Origin: Clostridia bacterium
Lineage (GTDB): Bacteria > Bacillota > Clostridia > Oscillospirales > QAMX01
Assembly (NCBI GenBank): GCA_017533425.1
Contig: JAFXIE010000104.1
Span: 1-58,794 of the forward strand
Reading direction: 5' to 3'
DNA: 58,794 nucleotides
Both the position numbers and the translations under genes were made by a program. This document shows, in pieces, positions 18,462 to 27,231 of the stretch (positions are counted from its first letter, which is position 1; each line of letters begins with the position of its first letter). The notes under the pieces are model-generated. The model saw nothing but the letters and a program-made list of their open reading frames with translations. It ran no database searches and was not told where the DNA came from.

Positions 18462-19910
18462 TTGAATATTCGTATGGTTTGCCGTGCCATCGGCACGACG
18501 CTTCTTTGCATGGGCGCGCTGACCCTTTTGCCGCTGCTTATCTGTGCTATTTATGGCGAAGAGCTGCTGCCCTTTGTAATTACCTCAGGCATCTTTTTCT
18601 TGGCTGCGGGAATTCTGCTGACCTTCCGGCCGAGAGTCAAAGAATTCTTTGCAAAAGAAAGTTTCTTTATCGTTTCGGTGGTTTGGATCATTGTTTCTGC
18701 CATCGGATGTCTGCCCTTTGTTCTTTCGGGTTTTATTCCAAATTATATCGACGCTTTTTTTGAAACCGTTTCCGGCTTTACAACCACCGGTGCTACCATC
18801 ATCCGGGATGTAGAGATCCTGCCGCGGGGACTTCTGTTCTGGCGTTCCTTCACACATTGGATCGGCGGCATGGGCGTGCTGGTATTCGTCATGGCGGTGC
18901 TTCCGGTGTCGAGAGAGAGCTCTCTTCTGCTTGCCCGTGCCGAAATGCCGGGTCCCGTGGTTTCAAAGCTCGTGCCGAAGATGCAGAACACAGCCGTGAT
19001 CCTGTATGTGACCTATTTTGCGCTTTCGTTTTTGCTTTTTGTTTTGCTGGTGCTTGGTGGCATGCCGGTTTATGACAGCATCATCCATACCTTTGGTACA
19101 GCCGGAACCGGCGGTTTCTCAATTATGAATTTGTCGGTCGGAGCGTACCAAAGCGCATATATCCAGTGGGTAATTGCGATATTTATGCTCCTTTTTGGCA
19201 TCAATTTTAATATTTACTTCTTCATACTGCTGCGGGATATGCGCTCGGTGTTTAAAAATGAGGAGCTTCGAACGTATTTTATCATCGTCGCAGTGGCTAC
19301 GGCACTGATTTCCACAAATCTTGCTATGGAAGGGGAGAAGCTGTCCGAGGCTGTCCGGCATGGATTCTTCCAGGTGGCTTCCATCATATCCACTACGGGC
19401 TACAGTACGGCGAATTACGATCTTTGGCCGACTTTTTCCAAGTTTATTCTGTTCTTATTGTTCTTTTTTGGTGCATGTGCAGGCTCAACAAGCGGCGGAC
19501 TGAAAATATCTCGTGTCGTGTTGTGCTTAAAATACATTCGCTCCCACATTACCCGCAGCATATATCCTCGAACGGTTGTTCTGCCGCGCCTAAATGGTAA
19601 AGTGGTAGGGCAGGAGACCCTCGGCATGACCGCGGTGTATGTCATTGTTTATATGATCATTGTCATTTTGTGCGGACTGATCATTTCACCCGACTGTCCG
19701 GATATGATGACATCCCTTTCGGCCTCGCTGACGGCCATTTCCAATGTCGGCCCCGGCTTTGGCGGAGTTGGACCGATGGAGAATTATGCCGGCCTATCCG
19801 CACTGTCCAAAATCGTACTTTCTCTGGAAATGCTCCTGGGCAGGCTGGAGATTTTCCCGATGCTTGCGTGCTTCTCGCCGCTGATGTATAAGCGCCGGCG
19901 GCTGAAGTAA
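18462..19910 (+). CDS. trkH: Trk-type potassium transporter membrane subunit TrkH
   Basis: 482 aa, polytopic. Repeated pore-loop glycine motifs (GFTTTGAT, TAGTGGF, TTGYSTA, TSGGLK). The start is ambiguous: TTG 18462 or ATG 18474. Confidence 0.85.
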   Translation: MNIRMVCRAIGTTLLCMGALTLLPLLICAIYGEELLPFVITSGIFFLAAGILLTFRPRVKEFFAKESFFIVSVVWIIVSAIGCLPFVLSGFIPNYIDAFFETVSGFTTTGATIIRDVEILPRGLLFWRSFTHWIGGMGVLVFVMAVLPVSRESSLLLARAEMPGPVVSKLVPKMQNTAVILYVTYFALSFLLFVLLVLGGMPVYDSIIHTFGTAGTGGFSIMNLSVGAYQSAYIQWVIAIFMLLFGINFNIYFFILLRDMRSVFKNEELRTYFIIVAVATALISTNLAMEGEKLSEAVRHGFFQVASIISTTGYSTANYDLWPTFSKFILFLLFFFGACAGSTSGGLKISRVVLCLKYIRSHITRSIYPRTVVLPRLNGKVVGQETLGMTAVYVIVYMIIVILCGLIISPDCPDMMTSLSASLTAISNVGPGFGGVGPMENYAGLSALSKIVLSLEMLLGRLEIFPMLACFSPLMYKRRRLK

Positions 19911-20289
19911 GAGATACGCGGAATGGGACCTTGAATTCTCATGCACATTCTGCGCTCTGCGCCCGACAGGGCATACCCCTTTTCTCACACTGGCGATTCA
20001 TCAAAATGAATATTTTGTTCAACTGGGAGGAGGGGAAAAGACGGAATATGATGGATTTGTATGGATAGACCCGGTTGTGCGGTTATGATGCCATGCATTT
20101 CCTATAGCCGGATCAATTACATCTATCGTAATATAATGTGTTTCCGGGCTTGATCACAAGCCACAAGTCTTGTTTCTTTTTTTTGATTTGGTCGGATTCC
20201 TTCGCTGCAACACATTTTATTGTACCTGTGTGTTTTTCGAGCCGTGCCGCGCTCCGGCCGGCATTCGTATTCCAATTTTATTCCGATTC

Positions 20290-20349
20290 CACTTTGATAG
20301 AAATTTTTCCGATGGGGTTTGCATCGTTTTGAAAATTTCCATCAAAGTG
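20290..20349. repeat. 60-nt imperfect palindrome / long hairpin in the AT-rich gap
   Basis: CACTTTGATAGAAATTTTT (20290-20308) pairs with GAAAATTTCCATCAAAGTG (20331-20349) with one mismatch and one wobble. An inner CGATG/CATCG stem closes a 7-nt loop. Confidence 0.7.
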
Positions 20350-20553
20350 TCAATCCGCCGATTTTCACATGCTGCCGTGTTTTTGCGCTGACTTCTGTGC
20401 GTGATCCATGGATATGTGCGCAGACTCCTTCGTTCCGATATCTATCAGTAGTTAATTTGTACGCTTTGTCGCAACCATAATTGTGATTTGCCCCTTTCGC
20501 GGATACTATTCGCACACTGTCCTACACCATACATTTGTTCGGAGGTGATTTCT

Positions 20554-21558
20554 TTGCTGATTGACCACGATGCGCCGCAGGTGCTGCGCCAGTTTTACAA
20601 TTACATCGAAACGGTACGCGGTAAATCTCCCCGGACGGCTGACGAATACTACCGCGATCTCCGCATCTTTTTCCGCTGGCTTCTTTGGTATCGCGGTTTG
20701 GTCGCAAAGGATACACCCTTCAATGAGATTTCCATTGCTCCGGTCAATGTGGAGCTTCTTGCAGCGGTGGAGCTTTCGGATGTATATGAATACATGCATT
20801 TTCTTTCCCGCGAGCGTCCGTCCCATCCCCGAGATCCCAACAAGGGCTACGGCATCGGCGCCTCCGCCCGTGCGCGCAAGGTTGCGAGCCTGCGCTCCTT
20901 CTACAAATATCTAACCGTCACCACCCATCAGATTGAGACAAACCCGGTGGCAAACCTTGAGCCTCCGAAACGGCGCAAATCGCTGCCAAAATATTTGACG
21001 GTTGATCAGTCGCTGGGTCTCTTATCCGGCGTCACGGGCCCGAATACCGAGCGGGATCTCGCCATTCTGACGATATTTTTGAATTGCGGGATCCGCGTAT
21101 CCGAGCTTTGCGCCATTTCCCTCTCGGACATCAAGGAGGACACGCTGGTTATTACCGGTAAAGGAAATAAGCAGCGCATTGTCTATCTCAATCCCGCAAC
21201 AAAAGCTGCCATTGACAGCTGGATGGCCGTCCGCGCAAAGCTCCCCTCCTCCACCTCTCCCCGCTTATTTATCACCCGGCAAAGCCGGCAGATCAGTCCA
21301 TCCACCGTCAAATGGCTGGTTAAAAAGCACCTTTCCGCCGCCGGCATCTCTGCCGAAGGCTACTCTGCCCATAAGCTGCGGCATACCGCAGCCACGCTGA
21401 TGTACCAAAACGGGGTGGATGTGCGCGTTCTTCAGGAGGTTTTGGGGCATGAAAATCTCGATACAACCAAAATTTACACCCACATTGACAATGCATCCGT
21501 CCGGGAAGCCTTTATGAAAAATCCACTTTCCGGCGCAAAAGATACGAATTCTGATTAA
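20554..21558 (+). CDS. Tyrosine-type site-specific recombinase (XerC/XerD-integrase family)
   Basis: Likely start is TTG 20554, after the RBS GGAGGTG. SAM-like N-domain, then catalytic residues in GIRVSEL, HKLRHTAAT, LGHENLDTTKIYTHI. Confidence 0.85.
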   Translation: MLIDHDAPQVLRQFYNYIETVRGKSPRTADEYYRDLRIFFRWLLWYRGLVAKDTPFNEISIAPVNVELLAAVELSDVYEYMHFLSRERPSHPRDPNKGYGIGASARARKVASLRSFYKYLTVTTHQIETNPVANLEPPKRRKSLPKYLTVDQSLGLLSGVTGPNTERDLAILTIFLNCGIRVSELCAISLSDIKEDTLVITGKGNKQRIVYLNPATKAAIDSWMAVRAKLPSSTSPRLFITRQSRQISPSTVKWLVKKHLSAAGISAEGYSAHKLRHTAATLMYQNGVDVRVLQEVLGHENLDTTKIYTHIDNASVREAFMKNPLSGAKDTNSD

Positions 21559-21560
21559 AA

Positions 21561-21600
21561 AACACCGGTGTACTGCCCAAAAGTTCAGTACGCCGGTGTT
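21561..21600. terminator. Bidirectional intrinsic terminator
   Basis: 15-bp stem AACACCGGTGTACTG / CAGTACGCCGGTGTT flanked by AAAAA and TATTTGCTTTT, between convergent genes. Confidence 0.75.
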
Positions 21601-21612
21601 TATTTGCTTTTA

Positions 21613-23616
21613 TTACAGAGTTCCGATCCAGTCGGGGTGGCTTCCGTCCTTTAAGAGAACAGGCATATAGGAAATGGGGGCATCGATCTCCACCGTCTGA
21701 CCGCCGGAATAGACAGTACCGCTGCGAAGATCCGTCCAGGTGTGGCCGGCAGGAAGCCAAACCTTACGGCTGGTGGCGCCGGCATACATCACAGGCGCGC
21801 AAAGCAGGTCGGGACCGTACATGTACTGGTCGTTGAGGCTCCAACTCTCCGCCTGCTCAGGAAATTCGTAGAACATGGTGCGCATCATGGGATGGCCGAA
21901 TTCCGTGGCCTCCTCCGTCAGGCGGCGGGTATAATCGCGCATACGCTGGCGCATACGGATGTAAGACGTGAGGATCTTCTCAGCTTCCTCGCCAAAGCTC
22001 CATACCTCGTTGTCGTTGCCGGAGGAAAAGCCCACCTTTCCGCTGGGGCTGACAACGCTTTCATAGGGCTTGCGGTTGCCGTGCATACGCATAACCGGGC
22101 TAAAGGCACCCCAGGCAAACCAGCGCAGCAGCAGCTCGATATAGGCAGGATCGTTGATATCGCCGCCGGTAAAGCCGCCGAGATCGCAGCTCCACCAGGG
22201 TAAGCCGGCAATACCGGCAGAAAGGCCGATGCAGAGCTGGTTGCGAAGGGTCTCGAAGTCGCAGTGCACATCACCCGACCAGACCAGGGCGCCGTAGCGC
22301 GCACTGCCCGCCCAGGCGCAGCGGACAAGGTTGACGACCGCCTCGTCGCCGTCGGCCTTCATGCCCTCGTAGAAGCCGCGGGAATACATCTGCGGGAAGA
22401 TATTTCCCGTGCGCAGCACCGTGCCGCTGTGGTAACGGTAGGTGTCATAGCTGTAGGGTGTGAATTCCGGCTCGGCTTCATCCAGCCAGAAGAAATCGAC
22501 GCCCACATCCCGGTAATTCTTCCGGCATTTTTCCCAAACATACTTGCGTGCCTCGGGATTTGTGGCATCGTAGAAGACGGAGGGGCCGCCGCAGAGCATC
22601 ATAACATTGATACCGCGGTCGCAGCGGACAAGGTAGCCCTTTTCCTTCATTTCGCGGAAATTGACGCTGTCGTGTCCGATCTGCGGCCAAACGGAGACCA
22701 TAACTTTGGTTCCCATGGCGTGAAGCTCATCGCACATGGCCTTGGGATCGGGGAAAAACTCGGGGTCAAAGCAGAAATCACCGAGATGCGGCCAATGGAA
22801 AAAGTCGATGACAATGACATCCAGAGGAATACCGCGATCGCGGTAGCCGCGGGCAACCTTCAGAACCTGCTCCTGGTTCCAGTAGCGCAGCTTGCACTGC
22901 CAGTAGCCCAGGCCGTATTCCGGCATTTTGGGCGCACGGCCAACGGCGGCGGTATATTTTCCGAGGATCTCCGCAGGGCTGTAACCGGCGGTGATCCAAT
23001 AATCCATCTGGTGGGTGGATCTCGCCTTCCAGACGGTCTCGTTTTTGCCAAAACACACCTCGCCGATGGCGGGATTGTGCCAAAGGAAGCCGTAGCCGCG
23101 GCTGGAAAGCACGAAGGGGATGCTCGACTGGGCGTTTCTATGGGCAAGCTCCAGATGGCAGCCCTTCAAGTCAAGAAAATCCTGCTGATACTGTCCCATG
23201 CCGAAGAGCTTCTCCTCTTCCCCGTCGGCATAGGAACCGGCAAACTGCACGGAGAGTCGGAAGCCGTCGTCCCCGGTGGAGACAAATTCGCGGCCGGAGC
23301 GCAGGAAGCAGTTGGGATAGCGTGCCTCCGAGAGCAGCACCTTGCCGTCATCGCGGGTGTAGGTAATATGCAATGCTCCATGGAAATAAACGATATCCGC
23401 CCGGATTTTACCCACGGCAATGGAGGCGCATTTATCCTCAATGCTGTAGGTAATGACCGATTCGCATTCCTCCGGCTCGAGAAGCGCCCAATCGGGAAAA
23501 TCCGGTTCAGTCATCAATCGGGAAACGACGCGAAGACTATCCCTTCCCCAGGGCTTCAGTATAAGGGTCTCATCATTGAACCTGCAAACCAGGGCATTAT
23601 CATGCTGTGAAAACAT
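21613..23616 (-). CDS. GH31 glycoside hydrolase (alpha-xylosidase/alpha-glucosidase-like)
   Basis: 667 aa. VIVIDFFHW, FWLDEAEPE and LVWSGDV segments typical of GH31. RBS GGAGGAG. Confidence 0.85.
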   Translation of the reverse strand: MFSQHDNALVCRFNDETLILKPWGRDSLRVVSRLMTEPDFPDWALLEPEECESVITYSIEDKCASIAVGKIRADIVYFHGALHITYTRDDGKVLLSEARYPNCFLRSGREFVSTGDDGFRLSVQFAGSYADGEEEKLFGMGQYQQDFLDLKGCHLELAHRNAQSSIPFVLSSRGYGFLWHNPAIGEVCFGKNETVWKARSTHQMDYWITAGYSPAEILGKYTAAVGRAPKMPEYGLGYWQCKLRYWNQEQVLKVARGYRDRGIPLDVIVIDFFHWPHLGDFCFDPEFFPDPKAMCDELHAMGTKVMVSVWPQIGHDSVNFREMKEKGYLVRCDRGINVMMLCGGPSVFYDATNPEARKYVWEKCRKNYRDVGVDFFWLDEAEPEFTPYSYDTYRYHSGTVLRTGNIFPQMYSRGFYEGMKADGDEAVVNLVRCAWAGSARYGALVWSGDVHCDFETLRNQLCIGLSAGIAGLPWWSCDLGGFTGGDINDPAYIELLLRWFAWGAFSPVMRMHGNRKPYESVVSPSGKVGFSSGNDNEVWSFGEEAEKILTSYIRMRQRMRDYTRRLTEEATEFGHPMMRTMFYEFPEQAESWSLNDQYMYGPDLLCAPVMYAGATSRKVWLPAGHTWTDLRSGTVYSGGQTVEIDAPISYMPVLLKDGSHPDWIGTL

Positions 23617-23639
23617 GGATAGCTCCTCCGATGTTCATT

Positions 23640-24575
23640 TTAATCCTTGAAAAGGGGCTCTTCTTCTGCGCTGTTTTCGCCCTTCGCAGCTTTCTCGGCC
23701 AGCGCGGGCTGAATCATGTATTTATCAATCGGCCAGTAGGCGTAATATACGCCGGCGAAATGAACAAGGGTCAGATAGAGCATCGGGAAAAGAATAAAGC
23801 TCGCGATGGAATTGATGAGGAAGGTGACAACAGTGGCAGCAACAGTGATGACAAGGATCCATAGATTCCAGGGAAGGTTTGCCACCAAGAAAATGACGGA
23901 ATTCTTCAGGGTTTTCATCACCGTGATATCAAAGGTGACAATCATGGTGTAGATATAAAAGCGCATGATAAAATAGAGAATTCCGAGGAAGTATGCGAGA
24001 TATTTCGTAAACTGATAGATATTCACAGCCGCGCCTTCGCCGGTGGCGTAGGAGATGGCATAGGTCAGAAGGCTGTAGACAATGACAAGGTCAAGAATGC
24101 CGAAGAGAAGCCCCTGCTTGAGGTTCTTTTTTGCCTTGGTGTACACATCGGAGAACCAGACATGCTCTTCGCGGGCGGAATTGCGCAGGTAGTAAAAATA
24201 TCCGGCGGTGAGGGGGCCGTAGAGCAGGGCGGCAATGCCAAAGAGCAGATATCCGACCCAGGCGAAATTGGAGCTCAGGATCTCAATGGAGCCGGTGGTC
24301 ATCACGGCAAGCCAGGGGAAGGCGGAAATGATGGCCTCATCGGAAAGCATTTTCAAAAAGCCCTCGCTGTGGCGCACGAGATAAACCAGAGCACCGCAGA
24401 AGAGCGGATAGGTAAAAATGGTATATACAAGATTTACTGTGATAAACTTAAAAAATTTACGGAAATAAATCTTCCAGAATTCGACAAAACGGTTGCCGGA
24501 GGCGGTATCCTCCTTGGTCAGAGGCTTCTGGTTCTTTTTTGTGCCGTAAAAATAATCGTAAAGGTTCTTTTTCAA
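23640..24575 (-). CDS. YesL/DUF624-family membrane protein
   Basis: 311 aa, TTG start after GGAG. The N-terminal FxxFWKIYFRKFFKFITVNLVYTIF pattern and multiple TM helices resemble DUF624 proteins found in sugar-utilisation loci. Confidence 0.6.
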   Translation of the reverse strand: MKKNLYDYFYGTKKNQKPLTKEDTASGNRFVEFWKIYFRKFFKFITVNLVYTIFTYPLFCGALVYLVRHSEGFLKMLSDEAIISAFPWLAVMTTGSIEILSSNFAWVGYLLFGIAALLYGPLTAGYFYYLRNSAREEHVWFSDVYTKAKKNLKQGLLFGILDLVIVYSLLTYAISYATGEGAAVNIYQFTKYLAYFLGILYFIMRFYIYTMIVTFDITVMKTLKNSVIFLVANLPWNLWILVITVAATVVTFLINSIASFILFPMLYLTLVHFAGVYYAYWPIDKYMIQPALAEKAAKGENSAEEEPLFKD

Positions 24576-24587
24576 ATCCTGTCTCCT

Positions 24588-25478
24588 TTATCGTGCTGCG
24601 TGGGGGTGGAACATGGTGTATGTACGGTGGACCTTGGAACGGATGATCTCGTTATAAACCTGGGTGGAGGAAATATCCGCGTGGCCCATCATGGTCTGGA
24701 TCATTTTCAGGTCTGCGCCGTTCTCCAAAAGATGGAGCGCGAAGGAATGCCGCAGGGTCTGAGGGGTGATATCCTTGCTGATGCCGGCGGATTCCGCATA
24801 GCCCTTCAGGATCTTCCAGAAGCCCTGGCGCGACATGCGCGTGCCGGAAAGATTAAGGAAGAGCGCCGGCTCACCCTCGGCAGCGGCGATAATATTGCGC
24901 ACAAGATCGATATACTTGCGAAGGATCCGGCAGCAGGAATCGTAAATCGGGATGATGCGGGGCTCTTTATCCCCCATAACACGGATGAAACCGATCTCCG
25001 TGTTGACATCGCCGACATTGAGGCTGATCAGTTCGGTCACCCGGAGGCCGGTGGCATATAAAAGCTCCAGCATTGCCCGGTCGCGCAGCTCTTTTGCGCT
25101 GTTTTCCGATGGTTGAGATAGCAGCAGATCGACCTCTGCGCCGGAGAGCACATGGGGCAGCTGCCGGGTGCTGGGGCCGGGGCGGATATTTCGCGCGGGA
25201 TTGACGGAAATATCCCCGTGGAGACCGAGATACCGGAAAAGCGAACGAATGGATGAGCCGGTACGGGAAACGGTGGAGGGCTTCTTCCCTGCCTTGGAAA
25301 GCCCGGAGAGATAGTCATCGATGACCAGGGGCGTCACGCGGGACAGGGCGCCGATATTGCGGGATTTCAAATAATCGGAAAAGGCGGAAAGATCCCGGCG
25401 ATAGGAGGATATGGTATTCTCAGCCGCGTTTTTTTCCTTTTTCATATAGAGAATGAAATTTTCGATCTGCTGATGCAA
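24588..25478 (-). CDS. xerD: Tyrosine recombinase XerD
   Basis: 296 aa. N-terminal FILYMKKEKNAAENTISSYRRDL. Catalytic GLRVTELISL, LRHSFALHLLENGADL, MGHADISSTQVY. Confidence 0.85.
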   Translation of the reverse strand: MHQQIENFILYMKKEKNAAENTISSYRRDLSAFSDYLKSRNIGALSRVTPLVIDDYLSGLSKAGKKPSTVSRTGSSIRSLFRYLGLHGDISVNPARNIRPGPSTRQLPHVLSGAEVDLLLSQPSENSAKELRDRAMLELLYATGLRVTELISLNVGDVNTEIGFIRVMGDKEPRIIPIYDSCCRILRKYIDLVRNIIAAAEGEPALFLNLSGTRMSRQGFWKILKGYAESAGISKDITPQTLRHSFALHLLENGADLKMIQTMMGHADISSTQVYNEIIRSKVHRTYTMFHPHAAR

Positions 25479-25503
25479 GGCCAGGTCCTCCTTTCGTAGA
25501 ATA

Positions 25504-26091
25504 TCAGATAATCAGTCGGGTAAAAAGCGTAACCAGAATGTGGGAGATAAGCGCTGCGGCAGCGGGAAAGAGCAGCGTCGGCAAAAAATCCGGTAAATAA
25601 GTTTTCAGGGTAAGCGAGTCTGCAGAGGTAACGGCATGAAAAATTCCGGAAGAGATTTTAACGGTAAGAGCCGCTGCAATACACATGCCGGGAAGAAGAA
25701 TCAAATCTCCTGCACAAAAGAGTGCCAGTGCATACAGAAGCCCCTGGAAAGAAAATGCGCGGATACAGGCGCAGAGGGCGGATGTGCGCAAAAGGGCGTA
25801 AAAAAAGAAGACCGCCGGAGTGATGTGGCGGCCATAGACGGTAAACGCCAACAGAAAAAAGAGAAGAAACGGAATGAAAACAGGAACCAGAAGGCTGGAG
25901 GGGGAAAGCCTGTCCCCATAGAGAAAAACACCGCGAAGGGAATTCGCAAAGCGGGCAAGCTCCTCCCCGGCATATACGGCACGGGAGGATACACCGAAGA
26001 GTATGCCAATGCCGGCGGCAAAAAAATTCGGAAGATTCTGCCGGAAAAGATCGGCGCGCAGCCAATCGGGAAGGATGGAAAGCTTATGCAT
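25504..26091 (-). CDS. spoIIM: SpoIIM-like stage II sporulation membrane protein
   Basis: 195 aa with about 5 TM helices. It lies immediately upstream of xerD, matching the B. subtilis xerD/spoIIM neighbourhood. Sequence identity was not verified. Confidence 0.5.
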   Translation of the reverse strand: MHKLSILPDWLRADLFRQNLPNFFAAGIGILFGVSSRAVYAGEELARFANSLRGVFLYGDRLSPSSLLVPVFIPFLLFFLLAFTVYGRHITPAVFFFYALLRTSALCACIRAFSFQGLLYALALFCAGDLILLPGMCIAAALTVKISSGIFHAVTSADSLTLKTYLPDFLPTLLFPAAAALISHILVTLFTRLII

Positions 26092-26150
26092 GGTCTTTGA
26101 ACCTCCAAGTCCGATAATCTTATTACATGATTATGCGGACAAGTTATGGT

Positions 26151-26963
26151 TTAGACCGCAAGCTCCTCTGCCCGGTCGAGGCAGGCCTGCATTCCGGCAG
26201 AAAAGGCATCGTCAAGCCCGGCTTCACTAAAGGCATTCATGGCGGCGACCGTGGTTCCGCCGGGGCTCATGACCATGCGGCAGAGCTCCTCCGGCGATTT
26301 GCCGGAGCTTCTGAGCATTTCCGCAGCACCTGACATGGTCTGAATGGCTAGGGCAAGAGCTGTATCGTAATCCATACCCTTATCAGCGCCAAACTTTGCC
26401 ATATCATCGGCCAGGCGGTAAAAGTAGGCAGGGCCGGAGCCGTTCAGGGCGGTGGCAACATTCAAAAGGCTCTCATCCACCTCGCGGCAGAGACCGCAGG
26501 AGGAAAAGAGATCGAAAACAAGGCGGAAGACCTCCGGCGATGCCTTGGCAGAGGAACCGATGGCGATGGCTCCCTTGCCGAGAAGCATGGGGGTATTGGG
26601 CATAACGCGGATAACGGCACAGCGATCGCCCAAGGCGTGGGAAAGAAAATCTGCCGTTACACCGGCCACGATGCTGACAAAGACCTTGTCCGGGCCGATG
26701 GCATCCGCATCGATGGAGGAAAGTACCTTCGGAAGGATCTGTGGCTTAACGCCGATGAAAATGATATCCGAGCGCTCGATCAGATCGTCATAATCAAAAA
26801 CGCGCTTGCAGCCGAGCTCGGTGAAGGGTTTGATATTAGCATCATTTGGCTCAAAAATCGCAATTCTGGACGCATTCGGCGCAAAATCGGAGGAAAGCAG
26901 TGCGCGGATCAGTATAGACTGCATATTGCCGCAGGCAATAAAACCGTAATGGAAATCTTTCAT
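26151..26963 (-). CDS. proC: Pyrroline-5-carboxylate reductase
   Basis: The ORF track extends to 27056. ATG 26963 (MKDFHYGFIACGNM) follows the RBS GAGGAG. GPAYFY and SPGGTT motifs. Confidence 0.85.
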   Translation of the reverse strand: MKDFHYGFIACGNMQSILIRALLSSDFAPNASRIAIFEPNDANIKPFTELGCKRVFDYDDLIERSDIIFIGVKPQILPKVLSSIDADAIGPDKVFVSIVAGVTADFLSHALGDRCAVIRVMPNTPMLLGKGAIAIGSSAKASPEVFRLVFDLFSSCGLCREVDESLLNVATALNGSGPAYFYRLADDMAKFGADKGMDYDTALALAIQTMSGAAEMLRSSGKSPEELCRMVMSPGGTTVAAMNAFSEAGLDDAFSAGMQACLDRAEELAV

Positions 26964-27071
26964 AGGGGCTCCTCTGCGGTTGTCATAATCAGATTGACAT
27001 AATACCGCCCAAATAATATACACCATTTTGCCCGAAAATGCAAGGCGACAAGGCAACTTTCAGCATTATAG

Positions 27072-27099
27072 CGATAACAGAACAAATATTATGTAAACT
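27072..27099. other. Candidate dif (XerCD recombination) site
   Basis: CGATAACAGAA-CAAATA-TTATGTAAACT. The last 14 nt (ATATTATGTAAACT) equal the matching part of the B. subtilis dif site as I remember it. The left arm matches the inverted right arm at 7 of 11 positions. Confidence 0.4.
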
Positions 27100-27185
27100 T
27101 CGTTATGTCTACCACTGCATCTTGATTTGGTTTCGCACCCGAGACACCATTCCTTGTGGGAGTTGTGTATTTTCAAGCCCCCGGC

Positions 27186-27218
27186 AAAATGAACAAAAGG
27201 GGCGGAAATCTCCGCCCC
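27186..27218 (-). terminator. Intrinsic terminator after the deacetylase gene
   Basis: GGGGCGGA-aatc-TCCGCCCC, followed on the minus strand by TTTTGTTCATTTT. Confidence 0.7.
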
Positions 27219-27231
27219 TTCTCCCCTCTTC

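Noticed and set aside
20138-20391. Small ORFs 20138..20332 (64 aa) and 20170..20391 (73 aa) in the AT-rich gap.
   Set aside because: They have no RBS, their Phe/Cys-rich sequences are typical of translating T-rich non-coding DNA, and they overlap each other in different frames.
20554-21558. The recombinase as a marker of a prophage, ICE or genomic island.
   Set aside because: There are no phage, conjugation, excisionase or cargo-type genes on either side, no tRNA target, and no flanking direct repeats that I could find. The neighbours are housekeeping or sugar genes. The unusual upstream gap is kept as a separate finding.
26964-27190. T-box or other riboswitch leader upstream of proC.
   Set aside because: The leader is only about 130 nt from the plausible -10 element (CGCTATAAT on the minus strand). 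I could not find a specifier-loop/T-box sequence or a terminator/antiterminator pair.
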